DNA of 64,000 nt from a candidate division WOR-3 bacterium (lineage in GTDB: Bacteria > SDB-A), in NCBI GenBank assembly GCA_016934535.1, contig JAFGSQ010000016.1, forward strand, positions 70,685-134,684, in the 5' to 3' direction. Both the position numbers and the translations under genes were made by a program. Positions 56,696 to 64,000 of this stretch are shown here, piece by piece; the first letter of the stretch is position 1; each line of letters opens with the position of its first letter. The notes below the pieces were generated by a model that saw nothing but the letters and a program-made list of their open reading frames with translations, was not told where the DNA came from and did no database searches.

Positions 56696-57193
56696 ATGAG
56701 AGACAACATATATGTTTTCGGAAAAGACAACAGTGAAATTCGTGAATTTTTAGAACATGCTTCCCTGTCGGGAAAAACAGTCTTTACCAACGGCTGTTTC
56801 GACATAATTCACTTAGGCCACGTAGAAGTTTTAAGGTATTGTAAAACCTTTGGGAGCACACTGTTAGTTGGTCTCAACAGCGACGAATCAATCCGGAGAC
56901 TTAAAGGCGACAAGAGACCTATTCTGATCGAATCTGAAAGAGCTTCGCTTCTGCGTGCCGTAAGATACGTCGATTGCGTTATTATTTTCGGAGAAGACAC
57001 TCCGTTTGAATTAGTAAATTTCGTCAAACCTGACGTAATTGTCAAGGGAGGCGATTACACTCCGGAAACGGTCGTAGGAAGCGGTGTGGCATCAGAGACC
57101 CATATTTTCCCTCTCGTCGAAGGAGCGGGCACTTCAAAAATCATTGACAAGATAATCAAAAGGTACTGCGAAAGGAGAATTGATGAGAATTGA
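56696..57193 (+). CDS. hldC: D-glycero-beta-D-manno-heptose 1-phosphate adenylyltransferase (RfaE domain II / HldC)
   Basis: It has the cytidylyltransferase motif (TNGCFDIIHLGH), and it directly follows the kinase gene. Confidence 0.8.
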   Translation: MRDNIYVFGKDNSEIREFLEHASLSGKTVFTNGCFDIIHLGHVEVLRYCKTFGSTLLVGLNSDESIRRLKGDKRPILIESERASLLRAVRYVDCVIIFGEDTPFELVNFVKPDVIVKGGDYTPETVVGSGVASETHIFPLVEGAGTSKIIDKIIKRYCERRIDEN

Positions 57194-57488
57194 AGAGCAT
57201 CCTGTGATTGACTTTAAAAGAAAAAATAAGATTCATTTCTTTTTTGAGGACAAAAAAATAGAAGCTTACGAAGGAGAAACCGTTGCTGCCGCTCTGATAG
57301 CCAGCGGAAATATCACTTTCAGGATCACAGACAAGCACGACCGGCCGAGAGGACTTTTCTGCAGTGTGGGAAAATGCGCGAGTTGTCTTATGGTAGTCGA
57401 CGGAAAACCAAACGTGATGACATGTGTAACTCCTGTCAGAGAAGGCATGCTCGTTAAAAGACAGAAAGGAAAAGGAGACCTGACTTGA
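57180..57488 (+). CDS. small [2Fe-2S] subunit (HcnA / sarcosine-oxidase-alpha-N-like) of a heteromeric dehydrogenase
   Basis: It is 102 aa with a Cys cluster (CSVGKCASCLMVVDGKPNVMTC) as in HcnA/OoxA N-termini. Confidence 0.6.
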   Translation: MMRIEEHPVIDFKRKNKIHFFFEDKKIEAYEGETVAAALIASGNITFRITDKHDRPRGLFCSVGKCASCLMVVDGKPNVMTCVTPVREGMLVKRQKGKGDLT

Positions 57489-58585
57489 AATTCCGCACTG
57501 ACGTAGCAATAATCGGAGGCGGCCCCGCGGGACTTTCCGCCGCTCATGAGGCATCTGCATACGGAATGAAAGTCGACGTCTTCGACGACAATTTCATTCT
57601 CGGCGGCCAGCTGATCAAGCAGACGCACAAATTTTTCGGGTCTAAAGAGCATCTTTGCGGCTTCAGAGGAATAGACATAGCTGAAATTCTCATAGACAAC
57701 TGCAAAAAAAACGGCGTATCCATACATACAGAAGCTTGCGCCACCGGCATATACGGAAATACAATAGGAATAGCTTATCCTGACAGTTTTGAAGAAATAG
57801 AAGCCAAGGCGATCGTCGTAGCTACGGGAGCATCAGAAAATTCGATAAACTTCGTCAACAACGACTTGCCTGGCATATATGGCGCAGGCGCTATACAGAC
57901 TCTCATGAACGTTTTCGGTGTAAAACCTGCAAAACGGGTTTTAATGATAGGATCGGGCAACATAGGGCTCATTGTTTCTTACCAGCTCATCCAGGCCGGA
58001 GTTGAAATCGCGGCCGTCGTCGAAGCCCTCCCCCGTGTCGGAGGTTACCTCGTTCACTCTGCAAAGCTTCGCAGAACAGGAGTTCCAATTCTCACAAAAC
58101 ACACGATTGTGAAAGCCGAAGGCGACGGTGAAAAAGGAGTAAATGCCGCAATAGTTTCTGAAATTGACAGGAATTTTAATCCTGTCGCAGGAACCGAGAA
58201 AAAATTCGAGGTTGATTCGATATGTTTGGCCGTCGGACTGACGCCTCTTTCAGACCTTCTCGAACTGGCCGGCTGCAGAATGAAAATTGTTCCAGAGTTG
58301 GGAGGAAAACTCGCCGTTCACGACGAATATATGACGACGACGAGAAAAGACGTGTTTTTATGCGGTGACGTATCCGGCATCGAGGAAGCCGTCACTGCAA
58401 CTCTTGAAGGCAAACTCGCCGGATTATCCGCGGCTCTGTCGATTTCGCGGGAAAGACATGATGAAATTCAAAAATCGCGAGAAAGCATATTAGAGCAATT
58501 GAGGATTTTCAGAGACGGCCCTTTCGGAGAAAAAGCGAGAGTTGGAAATTCAAAATTAATCGGAGAGTTTATAAATGAAAAATAA
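57485..58585 (+). CDS. FAD/NAD(P)-binding pyridine nucleotide-disulfide oxidoreductase-type subunit (HcnB / PDH1-alpha-like)
   Basis: It has two Rossmann dinucleotide motifs: DVAIIGGGPAGLSAA and KRVLMIGSGNIGL. Confidence 0.65.
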   Translation: MKFRTDVAIIGGGPAGLSAAHEASAYGMKVDVFDDNFILGGQLIKQTHKFFGSKEHLCGFRGIDIAEILIDNCKKNGVSIHTEACATGIYGNTIGIAYPDSFEEIEAKAIVVATGASENSINFVNNDLPGIYGAGAIQTLMNVFGVKPAKRVLMIGSGNIGLIVSYQLIQAGVEIAAVVEALPRVGGYLVHSAKLRRTGVPILTKHTIVKAEGDGEKGVNAAIVSEIDRNFNPVAGTEKKFEVDSICLAVGLTPLSDLLELAGCRMKIVPELGGKLAVHDEYMTTTRKDVFLCGDVSGIEEAVTATLEGKLAGLSAALSISRERHDEIQKSRESILEQLRIFRDGPFGEKARVGNSKLIGEFINEK

Positions 58586-59084
58586 TGTTTCAAACGACGG
58601 ATTACCCTGCCGCGATTCTCTGGCTAATTCTTTTCCTGACAAAAATGCGCTCGCCGTTTCAGCAAAAGCAGTCATAGAATGCTTTCAGGAAATACCCTGC
58701 AATCCATGCGTTGGAGCTTGTCCGCGAGGAGCCATATCCATTGCCGAAGGAATAAACGGAATACCGTCAATAGACCACACTTTGTGCAACGGCTGTTCAC
58801 TCTGCGTGTATCAATGCCCCGGACTGGCGATCTTCGTCGTTGGTTTAGACAGGAAAGACCCCGCGAAGGGTTTTGTTTCTCTTCCGTACGAATTTCTGCC
58901 GGTACCTGAAAAAGACGACATTGTTGACGTCCTCGACAGAGAAGGCAAAGTCATATCAGAGGGAAAAATTCTCAAGGTTAACAAGTCAAAAGCCACAGAC
59001 AGAACTTCAGTCGTAACGGTCGAAGTTCCTTCGAACTTGCTTGACAAAGCCAGATTCATCAAGACTAAAAGAGGCTCAAAATGA
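58575..59084 (+). CDS. 4Fe-4S dicluster ferredoxin-like subunit
   Basis: It has two CxxCxxC-type Cys clusters: CNPCVGACP and CNGCSLCVYQCP. Confidence 0.6.
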   Translation: MKNNVSNDGLPCRDSLANSFPDKNALAVSAKAVIECFQEIPCNPCVGACPRGAISIAEGINGIPSIDHTLCNGCSLCVYQCPGLAIFVVGLDRKDPAKGFVSLPYEFLPVPEKDDIVDVLDREGKVISEGKILKVNKSKATDRTSVVTVEVPSNLLDKARFIKTKRGSK

Positions 59085-59398
59085 AAGACATGAAAATAAT
59101 CTGCAGGTGTCAGGACGTCACTGAGCAGGAAATAGTAGACGCGATAAGAAAGTACAACCTCACAAGCGTTGACGAAGTGAAAAGACTTACGAGAGCCGGT
59201 ATGGGGCATTGCCAGGGCAAAACCTGCAGAAAACTCGTAGAACAGATATTGTTTAGGGAAAACGGCTTTTTATCCGATGAAGACACCTGGTCCATCTCGA
59301 GACCTCCTGTCAAAAGCATTCCCGTTAAGTTCCTCGCGGAATCGGAAGAGCCGTTTGACGCCGTTGTGGCGAGAGGAAGAGGAGGCCAGCATGGCTGA
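59081..59398 (+). CDS. BFD-like [2Fe-2S]-binding subunit
   Basis: CRCQDV...GHCQGKTC is the BFD-like [2Fe-2S] motif. Confidence 0.6.
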   Translation: MKDMKIICRCQDVTEQEIVDAIRKYNLTSVDEVKRLTRAGMGHCQGKTCRKLVEQILFRENGFLSDEDTWSISRPPVKSIPVKFLAESEEPFDAVVARGRGGQHG

Positions 59399-60545
59399 TT
59401 TTCCGAAAACGGCCGACTGCGTCATAATCGGCGGAGGAATAATAGGCGCTTCCATTGCCTACGAACTCTCAAAAAAGAACATCAAAAATATAGTCGTCGT
59501 GGAAAAAAACACTGTCGGATCCGGAAGCACTGGAAGATGCGGCGGAGGAATAAGGGCTCAGTGGTCCACGCCGGAAAATGTCAAACTGGCGATGGCATCC
59601 GTGAAAAGATTCAGAGAACTCGAAGAAGAACTCGCCTCGGTCACCGAATACGAAGAAGGCGGTTATCTGATACTCGCTCACTCCGACACCGAAATGAATC
59701 AGTTCAGGGAAAACGTCCTGATGCAGAAAAAACACGGCCTCGAGGTCGAAATCCTCACTGCCGAAGAAACAAAAAAAATAGTCCCTCTCATCAACACGGA
59801 AAAAATAACAGGCGCCACGTGGTGTTCGACGGACGGATCGATAAATCCTTTTCTTATAAATTTTGCGTACATGAAAAATGCCATGGACAAAGGGGTTTCA
59901 CTTTTCACAAGAACCGAGGTTCTGTCGATTAAAACCGGCGATTCAAAGATAACCGGAGTCTCCACCACGAGAGGTGAAATATCCTCTCCCGTTGTCGTCA
60001 ACGCCGCCGGAGGATATGCCGGATTCGTCGGATCCACAGCCGGACTCAACTTGCCTCTGACTCCACACAGACATGAAATTCTTGCCACGGAACAGGTCAA
60101 CCGATTTTTCAGAAACATGATAATGTCTTTCGAATACAACATATATTTCAGGCAGGTCAAGGACGGCGGCATCGTCGGCGGACAAACAAATCCCGGAGAA
60201 AAACCCGGAACCGAAGTCAATTCCGGCATCGCTTTCCTCAAAGAGATGTCCGTTAAACTCAATCATTTCATTCCGGCGCTGGGAAACGTCAAAATTCTCA
60301 GGCAATGGGCCGGACTTTACTGCATGAGCCCTGATGCACAACCGATACTCGGCGAAATCAGCGGTCTCGCCGGTTATTTTCACGCCTGCGGTTTCTCAGG
60401 ACACGGATTGATGCTCGCTCCGAGAGTCTCGGTTCTAATGGCAAACACGATAACGGACCCTTCTTTCTCGGACCCCGATCTTGAAAGACTCGGAATTGAC
60501 AGGTTCGAGAAGGGAATCGTCGCTCATGAAAAGTCGGTGGTATGA
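59391..60545 (+). CDS. FAD-dependent oxidoreductase, DAO family (sarcosine oxidase beta / HcnC / PDH1-beta-like)
   Basis: It has the N-terminal Rossmann motif (DCVIIGGGIIGASIAYEL) and DAO-family features through its length. I placed the start at the ATG at 59391, which overlaps the stop of the preceding gene (ATGGCTGA). Confidence 0.7.
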   Translation: MADFPKTADCVIIGGGIIGASIAYELSKKNIKNIVVVEKNTVGSGSTGRCGGGIRAQWSTPENVKLAMASVKRFRELEEELASVTEYEEGGYLILAHSDTEMNQFRENVLMQKKHGLEVEILTAEETKKIVPLINTEKITGATWCSTDGSINPFLINFAYMKNAMDKGVSLFTRTEVLSIKTGDSKITGVSTTRGEISSPVVVNAAGGYAGFVGSTAGLNLPLTPHRHEILATEQVNRFFRNMIMSFEYNIYFRQVKDGGIVGGQTNPGEKPGTEVNSGIAFLKEMSVKLNHFIPALGNVKILRQWAGLYCMSPDAQPILGEISGLAGYFHACGFSGHGLMLAPRVSVLMANTITDPSFSDPDLERLGIDRFEKGIVAHEKSVV

Positions 60546-60892
60546 GAGAGACACACAGAAAGAAAAAAGTTGAGGAAACGATAGCCAAGGAAATAGCCAA
60601 AATCCTTAATTCATTCACCAGAAAAAACAATCTGTCCATGTCCACAGTTACGGGAGTTCTCGTTGACTCCGCTTTGCAAAATGCGAAAATCAGAGTGAGC
60701 GTCTTCGGCTCCACTGACGAACAGGCGAAAACTGTCGAATCTCTCAACGCGAATAAAAAAACGCTTAGATACCTTCTCGCCCAGAATATCAGGATCAAAT
60801 ACATGCCGGACATCCATTTTATTCAAGATCAAAGCAGGGAGATAATTGAAAAAATCGAATCATTGATGAAAGAAGAAAACGATGACAATTGA
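60542..60892 (+). CDS. rbfA: ribosome-binding factor A
   Basis: It has the KH-like RbfA pattern (VTGVLVDSALQNAKIRVSVFGS). Confidence 0.8.
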   Translation: MRETHRKKKVEETIAKEIAKILNSFTRKNNLSMSTVTGVLVDSALQNAKIRVSVFGSTDEQAKTVESLNANKKTLRYLLAQNIRIKYMPDIHFIQDQSREIIEKIESLMKEENDDN

Positions 60893-61835
60893 AAAAGTTT
60901 CTGACAAGCCCTCTTTTTTCGAAGGAACCGATCTCACTTCAATAAAATCAGCCGACGTTTACACGCACTCTTCACCCGACGGTGACGCAATAGGTTCAGC
61001 TCTGGCCATGCAAAGCATTTTCGAAAGCATCGGCATTAAAACAAGAGTGTTCTGCGAAGGACCTTTCCCAAGGAAATACTCTTTTTTACCTGTAGTGAGA
61101 TTTCATAAAAAGTTCCCGGAAATTTTTTCCGAATCGGCGTTTTTCGTAGACTGCGGAGACGTAAAAAGACTGGGAAACACTTTTTCAGACATTCTTAAAT
61201 ATTATAGTTTAAAGATAAACATAGACCATCATGTCGACAATAAACTTTTCGGGGACATAAACATAGTTGACCCTAACGCTTCTTCAACGGCCGAATTGAT
61301 AGCGAGCGTGATAGGAACAAACAGTATTGATCTTCAGACGGCAGAATACCTTTACATCGGTATACTCTCCGACACTTACGGTTTTTCAACTTCCAGCGTG
61401 TCTTCGAAAACTTTTATGATCGCTTCCTCCCTCATAGAAAAGGGAATAAATTCGAACAGGATATGGAAAGAGATTTTCAGACTGCCCTCCGACACTCTGC
61501 TTTTTTACGCCGAGGTTCTCAGAACTTCGGAAACAGACAACGACATTATTTACTGTAAAGTGACCAAAGACCTGATGGATGATTACTCGGTTTCTGAAGA
61601 AGACACGGAAGGATTGGCCAATTATCTTCTACAGCTTAAAGACATAGACACAGTAGTTCTTTTAAGGGAGAGAAACGGTTCCACGAGACTCAGTTTCAGA
61701 TCTTCCGGAAACAAAGACGTCGGCGAACTGTCGAGAAAACTCGGCGGCGGCGGTCACAAACTCGCTTCCGGAGCGATAATAGAACATGATTTAACGCGAG
61801 CTCTTTCAATAGTAAAAAACACGCTCAAAGTCTGA
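60882..61835 (+). CDS. nrnA: DHH-family bifunctional oligoribonuclease / pAp phosphatase
   Basis: It has the DHH motifs (HSSPDGDAIGS, NIDHH) and the DHHA1 GGGGH motif. Confidence 0.75.
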   Translation: MTIEKVSDKPSFFEGTDLTSIKSADVYTHSSPDGDAIGSALAMQSIFESIGIKTRVFCEGPFPRKYSFLPVVRFHKKFPEIFSESAFFVDCGDVKRLGNTFSDILKYYSLKINIDHHVDNKLFGDINIVDPNASSTAELIASVIGTNSIDLQTAEYLYIGILSDTYGFSTSSVSSKTFMIASSLIEKGINSNRIWKEIFRLPSDTLLFYAEVLRTSETDNDIIYCKVTKDLMDDYSVSEEDTEGLANYLLQLKDIDTVVLLRERNGSTRLSFRSSGNKDVGELSRKLGGGGHKLASGAIIEHDLTRALSIVKNTLKV

Positions 61836-61854
61836 CGAAATTCAAGGAGGAAAC

Positions 61855-62664
61855 ATGAACACCTTAGGTATAGTACTGTCAACTTCCGTTGTAGGAGCAC
61901 TCGGACTCTGCTTTGGCATTGTCCTCAGCGCAGCCGCAAAAAAATTCAAAGTGGAAACAGACCCCAGAGTGGAACAGATTCTAAAACTCCTCCCGGGAGC
62001 CAATTGCGGTGCCTGCGGCGCTCCGGGATGCTCGGCTTACGCCAAGGGAGTTGTCGAAGGCAAATATCAACCTTCCGGATGCATACCCGGAGCCGGGGTT
62101 ACAGCGGAAAAAATCGCAAAGATTCTCGGGGTCAACGCTGAGACGGAAACCAAAAAAACAGCTTTCCTTCTCTGCGGAGGCGACAGGGAACAATCTCCCG
62201 ACATAGGAAAATACCAGGGCTTCATGACGTGCAGAGCGGCAAATCTCGTCATTGCCGGGATGAAATCGTGTGTTTACGGGTGTATAGGTTTCGGCGACTG
62301 CGTGTCGGTTTGCCCTTTCAACGCAATCAAAATGGGAGCAAAGGGCTTGCCTGAAATTGACGCGGAAAAATGCACGGGTTGCGGAAAATGCGTCGAAGCA
62401 TGCCCGAAAGGCGTTCTGAAACTTTTCGAATCAACTGTCCCAATAGTAATAAGATGCTCTAATCCGGAAAAGCTCAAAAATGTAAAAGATGTCTGCAAAG
62501 TCGGTTGCATCGCCTGTTCACTCTGTGTAAGGAAATCTCCCGAAAATTCACTCGAGATGAACGCCAATCTGCCCCGACTAAGGGTAAATTACCCAACAGA
62601 CAAATCTCTCTGGCTTGAAGCGATAAAAGCATGTCCCTCAAAATGCATCACTGAGGGCGTATAA
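61855..62664 (+). CDS. RnfB-like membrane-anchored polyferredoxin (stand-alone; no other rnf genes in the window)
   Basis: It has an N-terminal TM helix, the Cys-rich segment GANCGACGAPGCSAYA typical of RnfB, and then multiple 4Fe-4S CxxCxxCxxxCP motifs. Confidence 0.65.
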   Translation: MNTLGIVLSTSVVGALGLCFGIVLSAAAKKFKVETDPRVEQILKLLPGANCGACGAPGCSAYAKGVVEGKYQPSGCIPGAGVTAEKIAKILGVNAETETKKTAFLLCGGDREQSPDIGKYQGFMTCRAANLVIAGMKSCVYGCIGFGDCVSVCPFNAIKMGAKGLPEIDAEKCTGCGKCVEACPKGVLKLFESTVPIVIRCSNPEKLKNVKDVCKVGCIACSLCVRKSPENSLEMNANLPRLRVNYPTDKSLWLEAIKACPSKCITEGV

Positions 62665-62665
62665 T

Positions 62666-63451
62666 ATGTTCAGATTATTGTTGGACCTGGGACCATTTAA
62701 AATATACAGTTACGGTTTCTTGCAGTTCCTCGCTTTCCTGGCCGGTATACTTCTTGCGACAAAGCGTGCCAAAAAACGCGGTGTGGACACTAACGTGGTT
62801 TACGATCTCGCGTTCTGGATACTTGTCGGCGGAATACTGGGGGGAAGATTGTGGTACGTGTTAGAGCATTTCGGATACTTCAGAGAAAACTTCTGGGAAG
62901 TTTTACAGGTTTGGCACGGTGGGATGGTAATATACGGCGGTTTGTTCCTGGGTTTTCTGACCGGTTTTATTTACATCAAAAAAAATAAACTCGGTTTCTT
63001 AAAAATAGCCGACATAGTTTCGCCCTCGATCACACTAGGACTTTTCATTGGCAGAATAGGCTGTTTTATGAACGGCTGCTGTTACGGAGTGGAAAGCGAC
63101 AGATTCGGCATTCTCTTTCATGACTATTCAAATTGCAATCTGATACCAGATGCGCCCGTTGGAACCAAAGTTATCCCGACACAGCTCATCATGTCTGCTT
63201 CCGCTCTCTTTCTTACTTTTTTCCTTCTTCTGATAGATAAAAGGAATAAAATTGTTGGAGCCGTTTTTTCCTGGCTCATGATTTTGTACGGCGTTCACAG
63301 GTTTTCAATAGATTTTCTGAGACACTACGAAGGATCGGCTCTGATTTTCAGACATCTCAGCCTTTCACAGGTGTTCAGCCTGCTTCTTGTCCTTACCGGC
63401 ACTGTCTTTCTGTTTTTTCTAAACTCCAAAAACAAAAAAACGGCACCTTGA
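62666..63451 (+). CDS. lgt: prolipoprotein diacylglyceryl transferase
   Basis: It has the Lgt signature region (YGFLQFLAFLAGILLA, HGGMVIYGG, GRIGCFMNGCCYG). Confidence 0.85.
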   Translation: MFRLLLDLGPFKIYSYGFLQFLAFLAGILLATKRAKKRGVDTNVVYDLAFWILVGGILGGRLWYVLEHFGYFRENFWEVLQVWHGGMVIYGGLFLGFLTGFIYIKKNKLGFLKIADIVSPSITLGLFIGRIGCFMNGCCYGVESDRFGILFHDYSNCNLIPDAPVGTKVIPTQLIMSASALFLTFFLLLIDKRNKIVGAVFSWLMILYGVHRFSIDFLRHYEGSALIFRHLSLSQVFSLLLVLTGTVFLFFLNSKNKKTAP

Positions 63452-63888
63452 ACTACATTGACGCAGTAATAATCACGGCCGTGGCCGCAGCTTTTGTCAC
63501 TGGGGCGGTTCTTGGAATAGTCAGGCTTGTTTTTTATCTCCTGGGTCTTCTTTTAGGAGCCATTGCCGCTTCGTATGTGGAGGCTTCCCTGCCATACAGC
63601 CCATGGGTGGTTCGTATTGTTTCAATTTCCGTCTGGATCCTTGTCAGTTTTTCCAGCGGTGCCCTGGGATGGATGCTTCAGAAAAAACTCAGGAACTTCG
63701 GCGTCTCATTTCTGGACAGGCTGTGGGGATCGTTGTTTTCAATAATTTCAGTATCTTTTGCTCTCACTGTCGTTTTATTGTACGTAAAATCAATATATCC
63801 GCCTGCGTCAGTTGTCATTGACAATTCATTCGCGGCGGATTTTCTTTTTTCCTCCACTCGATCAGTATTTTCAAGTTTTAACAGGTAG
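63448..63888 (+). CDS. cvpA: CvpA-family membrane protein
   Basis: It has four TM helices and a CvpA-like N-terminus (NYIDAVIITAVAAAFVTGAVLGIVR). Confidence 0.5.
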   Translation: MNYIDAVIITAVAAAFVTGAVLGIVRLVFYLLGLLLGAIAASYVEASLPYSPWVVRIVSISVWILVSFSSGALGWMLQKKLRNFGVSFLDRLWGSLFSIISVSFALTVVLLYVKSIYPPASVVIDNSFAADFLFSSTRSVFSSFNR

Positions 63889-64000
63889 ATTTGAAAACCA
63901 GTATTTAATTTTCCGGACCACTGGCGTTTCAAGAATATTAATTTGCACGGATTGATTTTTTGTCTTTCGATTCACGCCCCTCTTGTCATTTTTCCGGTCT

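Noticed and set aside
59277-59390. Upstream 38-aa extension of the DAO-family subunit ORF
   Set aside because: It overlaps the BFD-like gene in another frame. The ATG at 59391 has a strong RBS and begins the Rossmann motif.
1-64000. CRISPR arrays, IS elements, integrases and phage genes
   Set aside because: No direct-repeat/spacer arrays, transposase-like or integrase-like ORFs were seen. The segment looks like core chromosome, with at most small accessory insertions near the tRNAs.

Overview
This is a gene-dense bacterial chromosomal segment of about 45% GC with no rRNA, CRISPR array or obvious mobile element. It holds roughly 80 protein-coding genes and two tRNAs, tRNA-Phe(GAA) on the minus strand and tRNA-Val(GAC) on the plus strand. 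A gene encoding a Por/T9SS-type C-terminal sorting tail, together with other features, suggests an uncultivated lineage of the Fibrobacteres-Chlorobi-Bacteroidetes (FCB) type. This placement is inference only.

Most of the window is housekeeping:
- lysine synthesis (dapA partial, lysC, dapB) and pantothenate synthesis (panD, panC), plus folB
- DNA repair and processing (nth, xth, ruvX, recD2)
- cell-wall and envelope genes (mltG, a GT51 transglycosylase fusion, PBP4, murA, murI, lgt) and a complete Tol-Pal cluster (tolQ-tolR-tolA-tolB-pal-cpoB)
- translation genes (trpS, rlmN, thrS-infC-rpmI-rplT, rpsT, smpB, rbfA) and ADP-heptose synthesis split into two genes

The part I consider most interesting lies at about 16.1-27.5 kb. 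An operon there encodes a lipoprotein, PBP4, a GlmU-like hexapeptide-repeat protein, a PAP2 phosphatase and a UbiA prenyltransferase, with the last three translationally coupled. It lies convergent to an operon of three lipoproteins. Divergent from that operon is a GtrB/Dpm1-type polyprenyl-phosphate glycosyltransferase followed by a large DUF2723/TMEM260-like GT-C membrane protein. Taken together this looks like an uncharacterised lipid-linked periplasmic glycosylation system. Supporting this, the canonical glmU is truncated to a uridyltransferase-only form.

Other notable items:
- a five-gene FAD/Fe-S heteromeric amino-acid dehydrogenase cluster of the PDH1/HcnABC/opine-oxidase type
- a secreted PPAD/agmatine-deiminase-family enzyme carrying a T9SS tail
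- a sigma-54 promoter driving a small acidic, possibly Ca-binding, secreted protein
- a transglycosylase fused to a large N-terminal beta-rich domain
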